DNA of 64,000 bases, from the NCBI GenBank assembly GCA_025558095.1, contig JAIVFI010000012.1:496001-560000 (forward strand). Direction: 5' to 3'. A program made the position numbers and the translations under genes. How positions within the stretch are numbered: position 1 is the stretch's first letter; each line of letters opens with the position of its first letter. The notes below the pieces were generated by a model. The model saw nothing but the letters and a program-made list of their open reading frames with translations, was not told where the DNA came from and did not search any database. The stretch comes from Hyaloraphidium curvatum SAG 235-1. Lineage: Eukaryota > Fungi > Monoblepharomycota. Shown here in pieces: positions 60,701 through 64,000 of this stretch.

Positions 60701-62373
60701 ACTTCATCGAGGCCAAGAAAGCCAAGCTCGAAAAATCCCCTGAGAGCTCGGTCAAGGCTGGCAAAGGCGCCAAGAAGCCGAAGGACAAAGCGTTGGACCC
60801 CCTTGCCGCATGGCGCGATCGCTTCTCCGACCCAGACTACTTTGCGTTCAAGGTTTGCGCTGCACCGCCTTTCGATGGAGATCGCTCATTGAGCGCGCTG
60901 CTCGTGAAGGCTTCGTCGGGACGCAAGGCCGAAGAGGACCTTTGGAACCACCTCGTCGAACAGTTTTCGAGCGGGCCTGCGGACGAGGTCAAGCGGAAGT
61001 TTGCTCCGACCTTGATCGATGAAGGGCAGTCCATGACGTCGACCGAGCTCAAGATCCTCGCGTTGGCCAGCGGATCGCCTCAGAATTGTGTCGTGGGAAT
61101 GGACTCGAAGCAGTCTGTTGGGAACGAGAGTGCAGGCCGCCGTGCCGCCGTCAAGAGCGCCATCTTCGCCGCCCTCCAGGCCGCGAACTACAGGAACCAA
61201 ATGGAGACGCACACCGTCGCGCTCACCGTCAACTTCCGCTGCCCCGTGGGCGTTCTGCGCGCTTTGCGAGGGATCATCGAGCGTTGGCTGAAGCCCTTCA
61301 AGGTTCTTGGTGTCGCGTCATCGCATGTTGATCCGCTGATCGTTCAATGCCCAGGACTTTGACGACTTCGCCGTCGACACCGTGGTTCGCTCCTCTCTCT
61401 GGGACTCGCCCCCGGTGTTTGTCACAACGAGCCTCGCGACGGTCAAGCAGTTGCTGGCTCGTCTTGCTATGCCAACCGTGGTCCTGCAGCCCGACGATCG
61501 CAAGGTTTCGGCCGACATGGACAGCCTCGGCCTCGTTCTGTCGATGTCTGGTTCGTGTAGCCAGCTGTCCTCTGTCGCGGACAGCGCTAACCGACATGCT
61601 GACCTAATCCCATAGAATGCCGGGGCCTCGAGTTCGACGAGCTCATTGTGCTTTCGAGTCCGCTCTCGGCCGGCACGATCAAGAGCTTCAAGGAAGCTGC
61701 GACGAACCTGCAGTCCGAGTCGTGGCGCAGCAACTCCGTGGAGGCACAGGCCGTCAAGGATACGCTGACGACTCTGATCGTGATGCTCACGCGGGCGAGG
61801 TTCGGAGTGATCTGGTTCGAGAAGGACCTGCATCATCCGCTCCTGGACGATCTCCGCGCGGGGGACGAGCCGTGCATCAGGGTCATCGAATCCGAATCCG
61901 ACGTCAACGATGCCGCCGCCCTCTTGTCCAAGGCGAGGAAGGACACCGTCGAAGACGACTCGAGCGCGAGCGGCTCCAGGTCGCTGACGAGCATGTTCTC
62001 TCGGGTCATGGAGGTGATCGTGGACTCGGTCGACGATTTCAAGCCGATCGACGGCCCCTGCGTGCAGGCAAAGAAACTAACTGATCGCATTCTCGACGTC
62101 GACTCCTCCGCCAAAGCCGGCGTCGGAAAAGCCCTCGATTCGCTTCCGGGCGCGGTTCTCGCCGCGCAGCTGCTCCGCGAGCCCACGGACAAGGACAAGC
62201 TTGCGATCCCGTTCTTCGGCGAGGTCCTCGGTGGCGCCTTCCTTGCGGCCATGGAAGCTCTGGATCCGCAACCGCCATCCGAGCCGTACACGCGCGTGGT
62301 CCGGGGGTGCGCTGATCTCTGCACCCGGCTCGGCCGTGCGGGGCAGGCGTCGCGGTTCGCGGCCAAGATCTGA
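57756..62373 (+). CDS. MYND zinc finger - nucleotidyltransferase-like domain - SF1 (UvrD/TRANK1-like) helicase fusion protein, about 8 exons
   Basis: Spliced N-terminus MACALPSCNQKGANTCGTCRKVFYC|TREHQIDDWPRHKLNC. NTase-like motifs LIAGGSV...SGDVDIF...FDLDC...RLLKYAERGF. Helicase motifs GSAGNGKTT, IDEGQ, GMDSKQ, LTVNFR, RGLEFD and MLTRAR. Confidence 0.8.
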
Positions 62374-62506
62374 TGGTCTTTGTTGTTATCTCACATTTTG
62401 AACGCAATGGGATCAAGTCCTCAATCGAACGGGCTTCCACGTGAAAGAAGGAAGGCGGAGCTCGGGTCATCATTGACCCGGGCGGACTTGGGACTCACCT
62501 TTCCAG

Positions 62507-62895
62507 CGAAAGCGTGCTCGTTTCCCGCCAACACCAGCGTCCCAAACCATGGAGAATCTTTCCGTGCCCTCTGCCCCGTCCCCCACTTCGGCAGAATGTT
62601 CCGTCAGCTGCACAGGCCTCGCGACAACGTTGTTCGGATCGAGAGGGACGGAAAGATCCCCAGGGGCAAGATCGGGATCCGAGGCAGCGGGACTGTCACC
62701 ATGAGCGTTCACTTTTTCCGCCCCCCGACCCCCGGGTCCCGGTTCATCCTTATGGACATGGAGAGCAGCATGATGCAGGGAATTGCTGACCACGCGATTT
62801 ACCTATTCGACGCCGGGATTGCACGTCAGATTCAGCACATGTGGGCTGTCCAGAACCCGGAGGACGAGGCCGCGGGCATCAAGCCCAAGCTCTGA
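62507..62895 (+). CDS. Possible additional terminal exon of the helicase fusion gene, or a small separate gene
   Basis: Open frame with coding-like codons. Donor GTGCGG at 62336 and acceptor TTTCCAG at 62506 are phase-compatible. Confidence 0.35.
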
Positions 62896-63175
62896 TACAG
62901 GGCTGTGGTTAGGCCGTCTCTTGTAAGAGACGCCTCTCGGGCACGGCAGAGGACGATGGATTGTTGACTCGGACGTCACGCTCTAGGAGAGACACAGATT
63001 GCTTGCCATTTGTGCTAGAATTGCCATAGAATGAGACCATAGAATCAGTATGGAATCTCGCTCAGTGTCTGGACCCCGGATGGCATAGAGGCCATCGGGC
63101 TTTTTCGCAGAGCTTCGAACTTCCTCAGCAAGTAAACGAACAAGTCGCAATCTATTGATAGAGCTGGGCTGGAAG

Positions 63176-64000
63176 TCACTTGCTGCCGCCGAACCACGAC
63201 ATGGTCCACTCGTACCCTGCGAGCAGAGCGTCAAGCAAGTCGACAAGATCAGCGCCAGAGATCACTCACAAGTCCGACCCTGCTTCTCGGCGTCCGCAAG
63301 GGCCTTCTTGAACTTTTCCTCCACCGTCGGGTCGTCGAAAAGCTTCTTGCCCTGCGCCACGGCGTCATCGTAGGCCTTGCGGGCGCGCGCTACGAGCTCC
63401 TTCGAGTCGAGGTTGATGGACTTGGCGAATGCATCCAGCTGCTCGCTGCCCTCGGCCAGCAGCGAGGAAATCTTGCCGTCGAGGTCGCCGGCAGAGAGCA
63501 GCTCGTTGACCTTTTCCTTGCCGGACTTGAGCGCGGCGGCAATCTTGTCGTCTGTTGGGCGCGGGGCGGTGAGCGGTCGATCATTGTGCGACGTGGTGGC
63601 CCCTACCGATGTCGAGGCTGCCGAGGAACTCCTTGACCTTGGCCGTGCCGTCCTCAAACAGTGCAACGGCCTTCTCATCTGCGCAAGCGTCGCCATTTGA
63701 GCGGTGGCGGCAGTCCTAGCCCCTCAACTCCAACGCACCGAGATCGGTCTTGTCCAGCAACTCCTGAGCCTTGCCCTTTGCCGCCTGAAGCGCTGCCACG
63801 GCCTTTTCATCTAGATCCGTAGAGTCAAGCACCTAGGGGGCCCGATTGAGCACACGCCCGCATCCGCAGGACTGCTTGCACACCTGCTTGACGTCGGCAT
63901 CGACTTGCTTTTTGTTTACGTAGTAGTAGTAGCCTGCGCCTGCGGCGATTGCGAGAACGGCGATCCGGCCGGCTCCTCCGCCCCCGCCGCCGCTCTGCGA
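63176..64000 (-). CDS. Partial gene (5' end outside the window): N-terminal TM segment plus amphipathic helical repeats (LEA/apolipoprotein-like)
   Basis: IAVLAIAAGAGYYYYVNKK followed by repeated (T/G)DLD(D/E/G)K-type units; spliced end GYEWTMSWFGGSK-stop. Confidence 0.6.

Noticed and set aside
1-64000. Hundreds of long overlapping or antisense ORFs (for example 15878-17125 +, 40846-42204 -, 51883-53286 +)
   Set aside because: These are shadow ORFs expected from high GC3 codon bias; they are Arg/Gly/Pro-rich and have no family motifs.
1-64000. tRNA, rRNA or CRISPR array
   Set aside because: None recognisable by eye; tRNAscan-SE and Infernal would be needed to exclude small ncRNAs.

Overview
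GC-rich, gene-dense eukaryotic DNA with many short introns (mostly about 50-70 nt). The gene content (Zn2Cys6 transcription factor, DUF3684-type protein, Hof1-like F-BAR protein) indicates a fungus, probably an early-diverging chytrid or monoblepharid-like lineage; the lineage is my inference. About 30 protein-coding genes were rebuilt by joining ORF fragments across introns. The first 26 kb is mostly housekeeping: HBS1, RPP1/RPP30, an FHA-forkhead factor, SRP72, MAF1, an Atos/FAM214-like gene, VPS29, CDC40, an F-BAR-SH3 gene, lysyl-tRNA synthetase, a FolC-family synthase and an NBR1/p62-like receptor. From 26 to 64 kb the content is largely accessory. (1) Two paralogous compact C5 DNA methyltransferase genes of prokaryotic-like architecture lie in inverted orientation about 23 kb apart, and their homology extends into both flanks; the second copy has a frameshift. 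(2) A previously unfamiliar fusion gene encodes MYND zinc finger + nucleotidyltransferase-like domain + TRANK1/UvrD-like SF1 helicase, and sits head-to-head with a NYN RNase/winged-helix gene. (3) An intronless bacterial-type ParA/Soj ATPase lies beside a large GHKL ATPase that carries a C-terminal HExxH motif. Together these make 43.5-63 kb look like a eukaryotic nucleic-acid defence or surveillance island, which is a hypothesis. Also noted: a possible lipid-metabolism cluster, a G/C-at-+4 splice-donor bias, and CpG depletion across the 3' half of HBS1. No rRNA, tRNA, CRISPR array or transposase was recognised. Exon boundaries were called by eye and are approximate.
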